A stretch of 63,327 bases of DNA, filler included, from Octopus bimaculoides (taxonomy: Eukaryota), in NCBI RefSeq assembly GCF_001194135.2. It is 4 parts of 4 records of this genome, joined end to end, with 100 filler letters (N's around TTAATTAATTAA, not from the genome) between each part and the next. Parts side by side here need not be neighbours in the genome. Positions count along the whole stretch, not along the records: positions 62,099 to 63,327 come from NW_026350122.1; 3 more parts are not named here. One strand, given 5' to 3'. The notes under the pieces were generated by a model. It was not told the origin of the DNA. It saw only the letters and a list, made by a program, of their open reading frames with translations, and did not search any database. Made by a program: the position numbers and the translations under genes. Below, in pieces: positions 63,149 through 63,327 of this stretch (the first letter of the stretch is position 1; every line of letters begins with the position of its first letter).

Positions 63149-63311
63149 GGGTACAAACCATCCATTTTCTACCCTAAAACTTCAAATCAACAAATCTTTG
63201 AAAACCTGAGACTGCAATGTGAGAGAATGGATATGCCATTCCTCTCATTCTTTCCCAGTGAACCACATCTGATAGACTCAGCTTACAATCTTGTGGTTGA
63301 TGCTATCTATG
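63149..63311 (+). CDS. NAXE: Internal coding exon of NAD(P)H-hydrate epimerase (YjeF_N domain; APOA1BP/YJEFN3 family)
   Basis: Acceptor tattttttgcag, phase 0. Peptide GYKPSIFYPKTSNQQIFENLRLQCERMDMPFLSFFPSEPHLIDSAYNLVVDAIYG aligns with human NAXE GYEPTIYYPK...QCQKMDIPFL...YELVVDAIFG (from memory). The donor G|gtagtt at 63311/12 is tentative; the exon could run past the window end. Confidence 0.88.
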
Positions 63312-63327
63312 GTAGTTGTCACAAAGA

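Overview
This is a repeat-dense, AT-rich eukaryotic scaffold with many N gaps. The SINE/LINE repertoire and very high microsatellite load suggest a coleoid cephalopod (Octopus-like); that is inference. The only host protein-coding sequence I can confidently recognise is an internal exon of a YjeF_N-family NAD(P)HX epimerase (NAXE/APOA1BP-like) at the extreme right end (+). The rest is mostly decayed mobile DNA: two Tc1-like copies, a full-length cecropia-type mariner, a maT/DD37D-like element, a near full-length RTE LINE with a PHD finger inside its RT, many 5'-truncated copies of that LINE's modular 3' UTR, CR1-group, RLE-type and Penelope-like fragments, a Helitron remnant, hAT-, piggyBac- and Merlin-like MITEs, and three tRNA-derived SINE families. 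The most interesting unexplained signals are two candidate minimal type-I hammerhead ribozymes on the minus strand (about 26.5 kb and 28.3 kb). Almost all ORFs in the supplied track are microsatellite, gap or antisense artefacts. All alignments and folds were done by eye.
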